From positions 59,823,096 to 59,887,095 of the forward strand of contig NC_068986.1 in the NCBI RefSeq assembly GCF_001194135.2: a stretch of 64,000 nucleotides of DNA, written 5' to 3'. Numbering within the stretch: the first letter of the stretch is position 1; each line of letters starts with the position of its first letter. Under the pieces are notes generated by a model. That model ran no database searches, was not told the DNA's origin, and saw only the letters and a list, made by a program, of their open reading frames with translations. The DNA comes from Octopus bimaculoides (taxonomy: Eukaryota). This document shows positions 37,425-51,229 of the stretch, one piece after another. The position numbers and the translations under genes are program-made.

Positions 37425-38564
37425 AATAATAGAGGAGAATTAGGAAGGTGCTTGAAACAAAATTAAATGGAGGCAATATCATTAAAGCCATAAATAAATG
37501 TGTTTTGCCTGTATTGAGATACTCTGCTCCCTGTCTGAAATAAACAAAGGCCAAATTACAAAACTTGGAATGAAGAACTAGAATACTGCTTACAATGCAC
37601 TTCACCCTAAAAGCAATAACAAGAAAGAAAGGCGGCAGAGGATGGCTAAACACAGAAGACACTGCTAATACTGCGATACTGGGTCTGAAAAATTATGTTG
37701 TGCAGGGTAAAGTGACTGAAATAGTAGAATTCGAAGGAAGAAGAACAAAACAAACAAATGACAAGAAATGGAACTATATAGCCAATGCATGCAAGAAACC
37801 GAGAATGTTGGAAGTAAAGATCACTGGCTCTGGTTGACAGATGACAACTTGAAACAAAAGACAGAAGTGCTACCTATATCTGCTCAGGAACAAGCCCTAA
37901 GAGCAAATCTGATAAAAGCAAAGATCAACAAAACTGTTGGAAAGCAAATGTAGAATCTGCAGGAAAGGAGATAAAAATATCAATCATCTTCAGAGCAAGC
38001 ACAGTATACTAGCACAAAAGATGTATAAGCATAGATACAACTGTGTAGGCAAAGGAGTGCACTGGAATCTTGGCTGATTGTGTGGCTTCAAAACAACAGA
38101 AAAGTGGCATGTACACAGACTAGAGGTTGTGATATGAAATGAGAATTACAAGATCTTGTGGGGTTTCCTCATAAAGATTGATCATACTATTTAAACAAGA
38201 AGATCAGATATGATCATAGAGGACAAATAAACAAATAGTGTAAGACCATTAATTTTGCAACTCCGTATGATACAATCGATACCAAAGAAACTGGAAAAAA
38301 TTAAGAAATATCAGGATCTAGCCAGAGAACCAAAGCGATTATGGAAGACTAAAACAATTATTCATGTAGTAATTGGTGCACTTGGCACAGCACCCAAAAT
38401 TATACCTAAAATCTAAAAGAGATTGGAATTAAAACTTGCATTGTCAACTGGCTGAAAGGCACCATGCTACATTCAGCAAAAATCCTAAGGTAGATTTTTG
38501 AGATTTGAGCAGACTTGTCAACAGACATCAAAAGAAAATACCTACTAAGTTAGCAGGCACTAGC

Positions 38565-38565
<1 letters not shown>
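37425..38565 (+). mobile_element. R4/Dong-like RLE LINE, 5'-truncated and degraded
   Basis: KLNGGNIIKAINK, SAQEQALRANLIKAKI, CRICRKG zinc-knuckle remnant, KKYQDLARE and VVIGALG (RLE domain); followed by (TAA)n. Confidence 0.8.

Positions 38566-38647
<82 letters not shown>
38566..38647. repeat. (TAA)n grading into (TGA)n
   Basis: Direct reading. Confidence 0.95.
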
Positions 38648-38648
<1 letters not shown>

Positions 38649-39030
38649 ATAATAACAGCATGAAATTGTGATAGCAAACTGCTGGGAAGATAGATCAAAT
38701 CTGAAACTATCACGAAGCAGAAATTAAAAATCTACAAAAAACAATGAAAGAAAATTATGTCTAAATGTAAACCATCGCAGGAAACCGAAAGATTTTCCTT
38801 ATATGGAGTATATATATATATATATTTATATACAAAAAATAGCTATCCCCAAATGAACTGTTATAGCAACATGTGCATAAAAATGTAAACACATTTCTAT
38901 ACGAAAACTGCAAACTTGTGAGTAAAATTCTAAATCTTATATTTTAATTACATATACATCCATATTTATACAAAACCTCAATATATATGCACGTTGCTAT
39001 TTCTTCTCAGTCTCTCACTGATACATTAAC

Positions 39031-39370
39031 AATAATTATAATTATAACTACGAAAGAAACATTAACACATGTCCATGGGTGGTGTTCAGTTAAAAAAGTA
39101 AATGCTGTGAAAACAGAACCCATAATATAACAAAACCACACAAAAGAGAAAAAATAGCGGACAAATAATCATAAATACTATGAAATAGGTCATTGATGAT
39201 ATATCAATAATAATTATAATTATGGTTATAACTACGAAAGAAATATCAACACATGTCCACAAGTTGTGTTCACTTAAAAAAGTAAGTGTTGAGAAAACAG
39301 AACCCACAATAAAACCAAAAGGGAAAGAACAGCAAACTGATAGTCATAAATATTATGAAATAGTTGATTT
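39031..39370. repeat. Diverged tandem duplication, period ~184 bp
   Basis: ctacgaaagaaa...aacacatgtcca...gaaaacagaaccca...cataaata-tatgaaatag repeated; anchors at 39048 and 39232. Confidence 0.85.
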
Positions 39371-39439
39371 ATGATTTACACACTACTATGCACCCCCCCC
39401 CCACACACACACACAAACAACATACAAGAATAAACTCAT

Positions 39440-39590
39440 ACCGTAAATACCCAACAAAATGAACAAAACCCACATGTGCCATAGAGGGCCGATACCTGAC
39501 AGAAAAATACAACCTGTGCTGCACAAACAACACACAATACAAAAAGTAATGCAACAGAAAACTCAAACCAAACCCCATAACAAAACATAC
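39440..39590 (+). mobile_element. Possible degraded Penelope GIY-YIG linker remnant
   Basis: PTCAIEGRYLTEKYNLCCTNNTQ resembles CPLxGxCLTxxxxY of PLEs; short and frameshifted. Confidence 0.3.
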
Positions 39591-39729
39591 TGATACAATA
39601 CAATATCTACCCCACCCCTAAAAAATGCATCACACCCCACCCTAACATCATTTGTTGCATAAAGATGCAATAAATGATGCAGTAGAAAGTTGCTTGAAAA
39701 ATAACGGTGGTAATGATGATGGTGATAAA

Positions 39730-42700
39730 CATTATCTTACCTCAGTTTATGAAAGACAGGAGTTTTTGAAGAAACTTTGGTTATAACAGTGAAAATGAAG
39801 CTGGACCATTAAGGGAAGGCCTCTCACTTGGTAGTGGTTCAGTAAACATGCAAACTGACCACAGCTGTTATCTTAATACAGCATCAGTAGATGATAGAGC
39901 AAGGAGGAGGAAGTGGACCAGTGAAGGAAAAAGGATAGTAATGCAGTGCTACTTAGAAAGTGAAACTAAAAGAAGGGGCTATAGAAAGCGAATGTTAACA
40001 CTTTGGGTAGAGAAAGGTATGTTTAAAGTAACTGTGCAGAGATTAGTTGATCAAGCTAATACTATTAGGAGAAGAAAGTGGATGACAGAATTGGAGGTAG
40101 AAGAGATCACAAGAGAATTGGAAAAGAAAGACCAAGCAGAAGGAAAAAATAATAATAGTGCTGCCGATAAGGAAGGGATAACTGGCACCAGCAACTTAAG
40201 TGATTTAAGTCAGGAAGATCAGAAGATTTTAGATGAGCTGCAGGATGTAATGAATCAAGAAGTAAGAAAAAGGTTGCCAATATTAAAAGGCACCAACAGA
40301 AGGAAGCTGCTAGAAATGATTAGGAAAGTAGATTTTGTTATCAGTAGGATAGATACTAAAAAATATAGGAGACACTAACTTACTGATCTATACAGGAGGG
40401 GTAGTAGTCACCATTAGATATCTCACAGGGAAAGATTAAAAAAGAGCAAATATGGAAAATGAGACTACAAAATAAAGTGAAGACTTTAAGACAAGATCTG
40501 AGTAGAATAGAAGCCTGGAAACTGAACAAGTTAGGAAACACAAGATGCAAATCTTCCCTCAAGAAAAGATACTTAGTCAAAGAGAAAGGATTTGGGACAG
40601 TAATAGAAGAGTTGAAACAGCGTATCATAGCAGTAGCAGGTAAGCTTTCCAGATATAAGAAAAAATAGGTCAGTATCAACAGAATAAATTATTTGAGACA
40701 GACCAGAGGAGATTTTATAACCAAATAAATAGTGGAGAACGAAGCACTGAAGATGAGAAACCTAATGCAGAAGAAGTTAGAAAGTTCTGGAGTAATATTT
40801 GGGATAAACCAGTCAATCATAATGGAGATGCATTATGGTTAAAGAAAGTGAGAGAAGAAGTAGTGAGTGAGAAGCAGCCAGATCTAAGATTAACTAGTGC
40901 ATTAATGGGTAAAGTGTTAGGAAAAATGACGAATTGGAAGGGCCCAGGACCAGATGTAGTTCAAGAGTACTGGCTAAAGAAATTTAGTGGTTTACATGGG
41001 AGGCTGAGGGAACAACTTCAGGATTGCCTTAATGGAGGAATAATACCAGATTGGATGACTAAAGTGAGGACAATACTCATTATGAAGGATAAGAGCAAAG
41101 GTAATACAGAAAGCAACTATAGACCAATGACTTGCTTACTATTAGCATGGGATTTGTTAACAGGAATGCTTTCAGAAAGCATTTACAAGTACCTTGACAA
41201 CCTAAATTTACTGTCAGAAGAACAGAAAGGTAGCAGGAAGAAGGTAAGAGGAACGCATGATTTATCATACATAGACAAAGTAGTTCCAAACGAAGTAAAA
41301 TCTAGAAAGTAAAACCTGGATAGATTACAGGAAAGCCTATGACATAATCCCACACTCATGGATAAGTGAATGTTTGAGTATATTTAGTATAGCAGACAAC
41401 ATAAATGAATTAATTATCTGTAGCATGAAGAAATGAAAAGTAGATCTCTACTCAGATGACACACTCTTAGGAAAGTTAATATCAAAAGAAGAATTTTCCA
41501 GGGGAACTTGTCTCCTTTATTTGTCTTATGTTTGATCCCACTCAGTTTGCTATTAAGGAAGGCAAATGCAGTTCATAAATAGTAGGGGGAAAATTAACCA
41601 TTTACTCTACATGGACGATCTGAAGCTTTTTAGTAAGAATGAAAAAGGGATAGATTCCTTAATACAGACTATAAAACGCTTCAGCAAAGATACAGGAATA
41701 GAATTTAGCATAGATTAGTGTGCAATATTAGTCATTAGAAGGGGACAGGTAGTCAACAGCGAAGGCATCCAATTACCAGATGACCAGACATTAAAATCAT
41801 TGAAAGGAGGAGAGGGTTATAAGTATCTAAGAGTATTAGAATCTGACAGGGTACTAACTATAGAAATGAAAATTGAGAAGAAGCACATCAGAAGGGTGAG
41901 GAAGTTAATGAAGTCAAAGCTATATGGTCTGAAGTTAGTGAAGGCTGTAAATACTTGAACAATATCATTACTTAGATAGTCAGCAGCTTTTGTTGATTGG
42001 ACAAAAACTGAATTAGCAAAGTTAGACAGAAGAACTAGGAAGGAATTCAATATGGAGGACTCCACCCAAGGGCAGGAGTAGCAAGTACCTTCCGAGAAAG
42101 GATGGCGGAAGAGGGTTAATACCAGTAGAAGACTGCGTAGAGTTAGTTAGAGTAGATATAGACTCTTATGTAGGTAATAGTGAAGAAAATTTATTAAAAG
42201 CTTCTAGAGTCACAGCAAGACATAGGGAAACGAAAAACCCAAATGAACTTAAAAACCAGAAAAAAGAACAGAAATTATCTGACTGGCAGGAGAATGCATT
42301 GCAGTGTAGATTCCTAAAGATAGTTACAGCAAATAGTAGTAGTGAGACATGGTTATGGTTGCAGAAAGGAAACCTGAAGAGGGAGATAGAAAGTTTGTTA
42401 GTAGCTGCATAAGGTCAAACATTAAGGACTAATTGGATAAAAGCCAAGATAGGCAAGAACCAAATAGATTCAAAGTGTAACTCACATAGTAAGTGAATGT
42501 AGCATGCTGGTACAGAAAGAATACAAGAAAAGACATGACAATCTAAGGAGAATAATCCACTAGGAGTTATTTAGAAAGCTAGGATTTGAACATACTGATA
42601 AATGGTATGAACATGAACCTAGTAAAGTACTAAAAGTAAGAAATACAAGATGTTGTGGGACTTTAACATTTATACTGACAGAGTAATAGAAGCTAGAAGG

Positions 42701-43105
42701 CCTGATTTGGTAGTAGTAGGTAAAGAGGATAGAAAGTGCCAGATAATTGACTTTACAGTCCCAAATGATGAAAACAATAATATGAGAAGTATAGAAGAAA
42801 TAGTAAAGTACCAGGACCTAGCTAGTGAATTACAGAAACGATGGAAAGTGCGGGTAAAATGTATTCTAGTAGTTATAGGTACATTGGGAACTATCCCTAA
42901 AGATCTGAACAGATGGATAGAGGAAATAGGCATAAAACTCAGTTTAGTACATCTCCAGAAAACAGTGTTATAAGGGATAGCTAGGATACTAAGGCAGGTT
43001 CTGGCATCTAAAGTTACTTGTTGTAGCCCGATGTTAGGATTTTTTCTTTCCCAATAATCTAATCTGTTGAGTGCATATGAAAATAATAATAATAATAATA
43101 ATAAT
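39730..43105 (+). mobile_element. Near-full-length R4/Dong-like RLE LINE, disrupted
   Basis: N-terminal RRKWT...RRGYRKRML...QRLVDQANTIR; RT (WKGPGPD, SNYRPMTCL, LLYMDDLKLF); HIVSEC; RLE LWDFNIYTDRVIEARRPDLVV...KYQDLA; (AAT)n tail at ~43080-43105; many stops. Confidence 0.92.
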
Positions 43106-43872
43106 GTTGATGATGATAATGATGGAGCAGGGATGATAGTAATAATGATAATTTAATAAAATAGAACAGCAAACCTGTTTGAGTGTATCTTAGAATTAAT
43201 AAGTAAAGACCAGTTCAAACAGAAAATTTGTGAACTGGAGTTTGCAAGAAGATACAACTGAAATCTTGTTAGACAATGCCATCAACATTACCATCATCAA
43301 CAACAAATCTATTCCTATTACTACTACTATAACCAACATCACTACTAACAGGTGAGGGATATATTTGATTAATTCACCTGAAATAGGATAGTCTATTGAA
43401 GTGGACAATAATGATTTTCTGCTTACACAAGGCCTTTCTACTTGAGATAGGAAGTGGAATTTATTGTAGATTTATCAGTTCCAATTCCTCAAATAATTGG
43501 TGAATGATGACAGCAGCTGCAAGAAGTTTTGTATGAGGAATCAGTACAGCACATTGACAAGGAGCAGAAGTTATTTCCTGTCAACTATATAAAAAATATC
43601 CATGATACATGCAGCAAATGAATGCTAAATAAACAGTATGTGAACTAGTTTGGTTTTGTCAGTAAACAGAAATCTTTGATAGATGAGAATGATAGGGACA
43701 ATAGTAACGAATGTTGATGTCTGACAACAATTTGTTTATTTACTTCTTTTATAAATTTTTTCTGAAGAAGGAGAAGCTTAGATTGATGCAGTCAATGTAC
43801 ATTGTGAACTTAAAGTGGCTAGCAAGATGCATATCCTAATGACACATTTCTTGATTTAATATATATGTATAT

Positions 43873-44909
43873 TGTTGTAATCTAACGTTGGATTGTTATA
43901 ATGTCCACTCCGGTATAGCAGTACAGTTAGTTAGACAAGACATGACTATCTATGACTAACTACCCCGACTTCTTGACATCACAGTATTTGTAGTGACTAG
44001 AACATACCACTCGTCACGGGGGTTACAGCTTGGTTTAGTTCCAACTTAGCAAGAATCCTTGTTTTACTTCTGTGTCTTTTTCTGAAGTTAGTTCCTGAGT
44101 AAATACCAAGCATTTGAACATATCTGGAGGTAACTCTGCTAGCATATGTGATGTAGACCTCCTCATTGTTTTCTAGGTTAAAACATTTCCAGTGTGTATT
44201 GAACAATGAGCTCTTCTCACAAAAAAGTTTACACAATATGTCTATTGCATTTCTAAAGTTTATGCCAGAAGGTTTTTTGGGGAGTATGTAATTACTGTAA
44301 CACTCATGTTCTCCTGCCGCCAGTTTTCTAAGGATTAGATGTGTTTTCATATAATCATCCCAATCTTTGCACTCTTTATTGAAGATTTGTTTGTATCCTC
44401 TACAGTATGCCTCGAAGGTAACTCCTTTGTCTGGTTCTTATTTAAATTCCATTATTGAGTTTGCAACATACTCTGGCAAGAACATCTTTACAACATATTT
44501 TGATGACTTACTATTCATTAATTTTAGCATTTGTTGCTGTAATGGCAATTGTTGTTGTTCTTCTTGCAGTTGTCACTGTTTTTCCAGCTTGAGCAAACTG
44601 GCCAACAATTCTTCCATAATTTTACAATTTTGTATACTCTAAAATTCTCACAAAAAAACTTTTGTAAATTTTGTAACACTGTGAGTTTGTTTAATCCTTG
44701 TGAGTTTGTTAATTCCTCGTGAGTTTGTTAATTCCTCTGAATTTGTTAATTCCTTGTTTCGACTGTTGTAATCCAACATAGGACTGTTAAAACGTCCACC
44801 CTGGTATAGCAGTATAGTTAGACAAGTAAGACATGACTATCTATGACCAACTACCATGACTTCTCGATGTCACAGTATTTGTAATGACTAGCACATATCG
44901 CTCATCACA
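43873..44909 (-). mobile_element. Internally deleted Ty3/Gypsy LTR retrotransposon (LTR-gag-LTR)
   Basis: 146-bp direct repeats 43873-44018 and 44764-44909 (TG...CA/CG, ~26 mismatches by eye); gag remnant VANSIMEF*EPDKGVTFEAY...KTHLILRKLAAGEHECYSNYILPKKP; no pol; 19-bp x4 repeat at 44681-44755. Confidence 0.85.
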
Positions 44910-44959
44910 TGAGAGGGATGTTCCATTATTATTATCCTCATAACACACACAAACAGATG

Positions 44960-45270
44960 AGAAGGTGCATGGCTCAGTGATTAGAGTGTCAGGCTCACAA
45001 TTATAAGGCAGTGAATTTGATTCCCAAACTGGGCTGTGTGTTGTGTTCTTGAGCAAGACACTTTATTTCACAACTGTAGAAATGAATCACAGTGTCACTG
45101 GTGTCAAGTTGCCTTTCTCTTGGACAACATCAGTTGCATTGAGAGGGAAGGCTGGTATGCATAGGCGACTGCTGGTTCCATAAACAACCTTGCCCGGACT
45201 TGTGCCTTAGAAGGTAACTTTCTAGGTGCAGTCCCATGGTCATTCATGACTGAAGGGAGTCTTTACCCCT
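44960..45270 (+). mobile_element. tRNA-headed SINE with conserved central domain
   Basis: gaaggtgcatggctcagtgattagagtg...gaatttgattccc...gtgttgtgttcttgagcaagacactttatttcac; related to 6515-6762. Confidence 0.7.
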
Positions 45271-46009
45271 TAATATATATATATATATATATANNNNNNN
45301 NNNNNNNNNNNNNNNNNNNNNNNNNNNNNNNNNNNNNNNNNNNNNNNNNNNNNNNNNNNNNNNNNNNNNNNNNNNNNNNNNNNNNNNNNNNNNNNNNNNN
45401 NNNNNNNNNNNNNNNNNNNNNNNNNNNNNNNNNNNNNNNNNNNNNNNNNNNNNNNNNNNNNNNNNNNNNNNNNNNNNNNNNNNNNNNNNNNNNNNNNNNN
45501 NNNNNNNNNNNNNNNNNNNNNNNNNNNNNNNNNNNNNNNNNNNNNNNNNNNNNNNNNNNNNNNNNNNNNNNNNNNNNNNNNNNNNNNNNNNNNNNNNNNN
45601 NNNNNNNNNNNNNNNNNNNNNNNNNNNNNNNNNNNNNNNNNNNNNNNNNNNNNNNNNNNNNNNNNNNNNNNNNNNNNNNNNNNNNNNNNNNNNNNNNNNN
45701 NNNNNNNNNNNNNNNNNNNNNNNNNNNNNNNNNNNNNNNNNNNNNNNNNNNNNNNNNNNNNNNNNNNNNNNNNNNNNNNNNNNNNNNNNNNNNNNNNNNN
45801 NNNNNNNNNNNNNNNNNNNNNNNNNNNNNNNNNNNNNNNNNNNNNNNNNNNNNNNNNNNNNNNNNNNNNATATATATATATATATACATGTATATATATA
45901 GGGATGGCGAGATGGTGTGTGGGCAGTCGCTATGGCATTGAGGTAGGTTCAGACACCCCTGTTAATGGGGACAAAACCTGGATTTAAAACACTAGATGAT
46001 GATGATGAT

Positions 46010-46990
46010 GATGACATGGTGGTGGAACAATGTTGTAGACAAGGCCATAAGAATGAAGGAACAGGACTAGAATAGTGGTAGCAGAGAACTATATCAGATA
46101 CCTAGCAGGGAAGCTAGAAGACAGGTGTACTTAGCCAGGGTAGAAGCAGAAAGGAGAAAGTTTGCCAATATTTTGTGGCATGAGGACCAGAGGCTTGAGA
46201 TATTTCAGATTGCAATGTAGTGCATCAGAGAAAATTATGATGTGGTAGGAGAGAAATGAGCTCACATGGATGATGGCTCACTTGCAGTTAGTGATTCTGC
46301 AAAGAAGAAGGCTTGGAAGTACCACTGTGAAAAGTTGCTAAATGTAGAGAATGCATGGGTGAAGGAGAGCCCACCTAATGTGGACCCAACAGAGGGGCAG
46401 CTATCCGAATAGACAGTAGCTTAGTAGAAAAAGCAATCAAGGATATGAAAACAGCTGAATCAAGAAGTGCTGGTCTCTAATTGCAGAAAAAACATGTGTA
46501 ACAGATAGACCCAGGAAGATGAGAAACAAAATGGTGAGAAAGGATCTTCAGACCTTGGGCCTTAGAGAGGAGATGACAAGGGACTGGGACTTGTGGCAGT
46601 TTGTTGTGCTTGAGAAGACATGTCAAGCTAAGTAAAATTGTGGTTAACTAAACATACAGGTATGTCCTCTATGTCCCTCTCTCAGCTGAGAGGTCCTAGT
46701 TTTGTAGGCTCATGGGTGCTGATGCCATGTAAAAGCACCCGTGCCAGTGTCACATAAAAGTGTTTGTGTCAGTGTCATGTAAAAGTGCTGCTATCAGTGT
46801 TATGTAAAAGATACCCATGCCAGTGTCATGTTAAAAACACCCAGTACACTTTGTAAAGTGGTTGGCATTAGGAAGGGCATCCAATCATAGAAACCATACA
46901 AAAACAGAGCCTGGCCATCTCCTGTCAAACCATCCAACTCATGGCAGCAAGAAACATAGCTGTATGATGATGATGATGATGATGATAATG
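46010..46990 (+). mobile_element. Internally deleted RTE LINE fragment with 3' tail
   Basis: WWWNNVVDKAI...REARRQVYLAR...HEDQRLE (same family as 33400-33800) joined to RPRK...RKDLQTLGL and a (GAT)n tail. Confidence 0.8.
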
Positions 46991-48929
46991 ATGATGATTC
47001 TGAAAAGTATAAAAAATAATTTGCGACCTAAGCTCATAAATAATGCAAAAACTTATACAGTTCATCATGTGTGATATGAGTTAGCAAATAAATATATCGA
47101 ATGTACAGAGAGGAGATGTGATGACATTTCATGCTGGCTGATAGGGAACCAAACACTAAAATAACTTCTGGTGCACTAAGTAACTTATATTAATGTAAAC
47201 AACCCAGTTATAAATACCCTGATTATGCTGATAAATCCTCAGAGGTAGGTAAAGAAGTTCTGTAATATGATAATGACCTAGTCCAGTAAGATCTGGTAAT
47301 GGCTGAAATGTTTAATGACTGGATAATATTTATAGAACTGTTATTTGTCGCTACTTCAAATGTTATTGCTTTTGTCTGCTTCCTTTTAGAGGGTAATCTA
47401 ACTGAGCAGGCTTATGATCAAAGACATTCCCTTTGTAATTATCCCACAATTTTTTAAAGTATCTAATGTTTCCTTTTCTTATTTAAAGCAGTAGGCACTG
47501 ATTTGAGGAAGATTTGACTGCTATTTTTAGTAGGTTGAATAACCACATAGAGACTTCCTCATCTACTTGACCACAAAAAATAATTTGAATGTGTTTGTTC
47601 CCAAGCCAGCCCTGTTCAAACAAACCTATGGTCAATATTTCAGTCATGACCATCCCTGATTTTTGTATATCTTGGATCACATTATCTAATATTTCCCAAC
47701 ATTTTGATGACAAGTTAAATTAGCTAGCACCTTTCCTTACATCCTCCATACTGTTAATCAAGGGTGAAGTCTAATTTCAATTCAACTAGGAAACACTGAT
47801 CTACCGAACCCTTTTAAAAAATAGTTGGGTGTGAGCTGAAAGAATTTTCTAGAAGGCTGAACAATCCCTTTAAAGGTCCCCTCAATCTGTGTAATCACAA
47901 GGCAGTTAAGGACAATGATATGTATATCAGCTCCGAAGAAGAAAAATAGAAAACGATTGACTGAAATAAGAGAAAAACTAAGAATTTGGCTTGGGGTTAA
48001 ATATAGTTTCAAGATTGGTATTAGGCAAAATAAAGTAGAGAATAAGAGAAGAATTTTACAAGGCAAACTAGAGGTTCACACATACAGAATCCCCTGGAGA
48101 TTGTGATATAACAGATAAAAATGCTTTAAAGTTTTGAAGACAAAAGTATAAGTTTAGTATTGTTGCTCTACATTACAAAATACTGCAAGTTCAATTTTTT
48201 GACAAAGATTACATATATTTATATATTTCTTTTTAATAGTAACTGCCAATATAAATACAAATGACACATTCTCTTTCATATGTATTATTTGTGTCTGGAT
48301 CTAAAGTTTTTGTTTTATTAAAATATACAAATCTGTTTCTGATCAAATTCAGATTAGATATACAAATACAGAAGTCAACCAAATTTTTGAAAATAAAAGC
48401 AGTTAAATACTGACTTATTTTTTCCTTGCTCTTATGAAGAAAGTACAGTTTTTTTTTGCTGCTGAATATTCTTTTCAACCACAGGAGAGTGATGTTAAGG
48501 AGGTGAATGAGTTTTCAGCTTGGTAAACAATGTTGTATGCTAGAGTAATGTGGCTTGCTCAGGAGCACAATACTAAGTAGTATGATTTGAACTCTTTGAC
48601 AAGAGGGTAGTAGTTAAGTGCATTGACTTCACAGCCATTAAGTTTCATAGTTATATTTCATATATAGGGGAGAGGGGCACAACAACAAGTTTTTACTGCA
48701 CTTTTGACTTTGAGAAGAAATATACTTTTTATGATTGTTCCTGAACTTACAAAAACTCTATCAGCTAAGCAAATGACCTTCTCTAAATGCATTAAAAATA
48801 TTATATTGTAATCTGAAGTTTATTTTAGAAAATTATCACCATTCTCTTTGAGCATATGAAAGACAACTTAAGCTGGAGCAAACTGATTAAGCCAAGAAAA
48901 GGTAAATTTGCCTCTTCAATTTTCCAGAA

Positions 48930-49560
48930 TTACATTTGAAAACAGGCTCATACATATCAATATCCATACCTAGACATCAGAAAGATCAGAACTGCAACAA
49001 AAAATTAAAATATCTAAGTCAAATGAAAGCGGATCATGGAAAAATGGCACATGGCATGAAACTAAATAAATTAAAAAAACTCAACATAAAATATTCTCAA
49101 TTGCTTCTTCACAATTTGCTGCAGTGGCTCTCTTCCCAATATATTTACACACCATACAGTTAAAAAGAAGAAATTATTGAAATTAGTCATGACTCATTTT
49201 ACCCCATTTTAGACATCATTTTTTTGAAAATTGAAAACTATCAAATTAGACATTAGTGTGGGAAAACTGATTTGGAATGCAACAGAGAAAAGAATATTGA
49301 CTGTTAAACACCAGAAGCTATCCAGATATTTTATTAGCAACCTCAATTACAATTGGGTCAAAGTTAAGGAAAAATGTCTTGATAAAATGTACCTGTCACT
49401 TGACAATGTTTCAAACTTTCCCAACTTCAATAACAACAAATATGCTGACTAATTTTTACTCCTAAAAATGATGCAACAGTATAAAATGATGATGCAACAC
49501 TTGCAATGTAGGGAGAAAATAACAAGAAATCAGAAATTATTCATTTTACCCTGGTTACTA
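48930..49560 (+). mobile_element. Possible very old non-LTR RT remnant
   Basis: Scattered RT-like peptides (KYAD, DDATL) only; no intact motif. Confidence 0.2.
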
Positions 49561-50059
49561 ATTCTGTGTGTGTCCCTGCCCAATGCACAAAGGAAATACT
49601 ACCACTACTACTACTCTTTTTCCTCACAACTGTTCACACCAGCCCTAAATAACACTTACCTCATCCTGCTTCTAACATCAACTGCACACATACAATATAT
49701 ACTTAACATGTATATATTCATATGCTCATTACCCTGTTGTTCTTACACCTGCTTTCCTATAGTGGCATGGGTCAGATAAACTTTTTGAGACAATAGTCAG
49801 ATGCACTTCCAATTGTTTTTCAAGTAAGATATTTTCATTTCATTGATCTATACAGACCAGCTGAATTACAAGATATTTGTTTACTGGTGAATGTAAACAA
49901 TGCCACTGATTTTTGCTCAACCAGAGTTAATGAGGGTATATAAAACTGATGTACTCACACAATGGTAGTATGCTATTGAAACATTTGTTGTGATGTTTTG
50001 AACAATCCACTCATTTTTATTTGCTATATATATCTTTTACTTATATATATATCTTTTAT

Positions 50060-50210
50060 TTTTACTTGTTTCAGTCTTTGAACTATGGCCATTCTGGGGT
50101 CCTGTCTTGAAAGTTTCAAACAAATGAATTGAAAGCCTGGTACTTATTTCCATTGATCACTTTTGCCAAACCACTAAGTTATTGGGACATAAACTAATAC
50201 CAGCTGTACT
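50060..50210 (-). mobile_element. SINE family A 3' fragment
   Basis: ttttacttgtttcagtctttgaactatggccattctgg. Confidence 0.6.
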
Positions 50211-50446
50211 AGCACAGGTTAGATGAATACATTTAATTGAGGTACTATTTTTAACAGCTTCCAGTTACTACCCTTGCCTGTTTTCTAAGCAAGGAAGTTT
50301 TTGTTCCACACATATTTGAAAGGGCAAAAGGTACTTAAGAATTTGTTGGCAAGGTTATGTCAACAAATTAAGTAGCTTAAATATGTTTTATGTGAAATGG
50401 AAAATTTTAACATCCCCACTAACACATATATGTATACATATGCACG

Positions 50447-50481
<35 letters not shown>

Positions 50482-50504
50482 TCACCACAAAATTAACATT
50501 CACC

Positions 50505-50660
50505 ACAGAATTAATGGGCTTTGTACAAGTTACCAGCTCATATTCACTCACAAAGCATTGGTCAGTCTGGGGCTCTATTCAAGCATTTGCTCAAAGTGCT
50601 GTGCAGTGGGACTGAACACAAAATCCCATGATTGTGAAGTGAACTTCTTAACCACACACC
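50505..50660 (-). mobile_element. SINE family A head, degraded
   Basis: attcactcacaaagcattggtcagtctggggctctatt...cagtgggactgaac. Confidence 0.6.
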
Positions 50661-51229
50661 TAAAGATACTTGGAAATTAGACCAAACTAATTTTAGAGAA
50701 GTGTGGGAGAGTAACAGAAAGAAAACATCAAGTTATCAAAGATGTATGAATAAAAACTTACAATAAATAAAAACAAAAAAAAATTAACCAATGTAAATTG
50801 AAAAATTAAAAACTGATAACTCCCAAAAAAGAAACACAATTCCAGCAATTATCCAACACATAACATTCAAATCTATTAAAATCTGCTGTCAAAAGAGAGA
50901 AGAAAATGACTATTTGCAAAACTCTTATTTATATATATTTATTTAATTTGTTTAATGAACTATATTTATTCTTTCATTTTTAATTTCTATGCTGTTCAGA
51001 GTAATTAGAGAATATATTTTAATAGAATTGCAGAAATGTTGATGTTACACAGTGATTTTCAAATTAGAGTGTTTATATAACAGCTTGAATTGAGGTAAAC
51101 AACTACATACATTAACAAATGTACCTTTTCCTTATCTAACTGTTTTGTAACCATATTTCTGTTGAAATTCATTGATTTGTTTCAATTAATTTTGAAAATA
51201 ATGAAGAATTTAGTAAAATAACTTTGGTG

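Noticed and set aside
4687-45941. Long ORF-track entries containing X runs (4.7-5.2, 6.8-7.7, 13.1, 16.5-17.1, 18.0, 19.6-19.9 and 45.2-45.9 kb)
   Set aside because: They are open only because they cross assembly N gaps; the flanks are microsatellite or SINE sequence.
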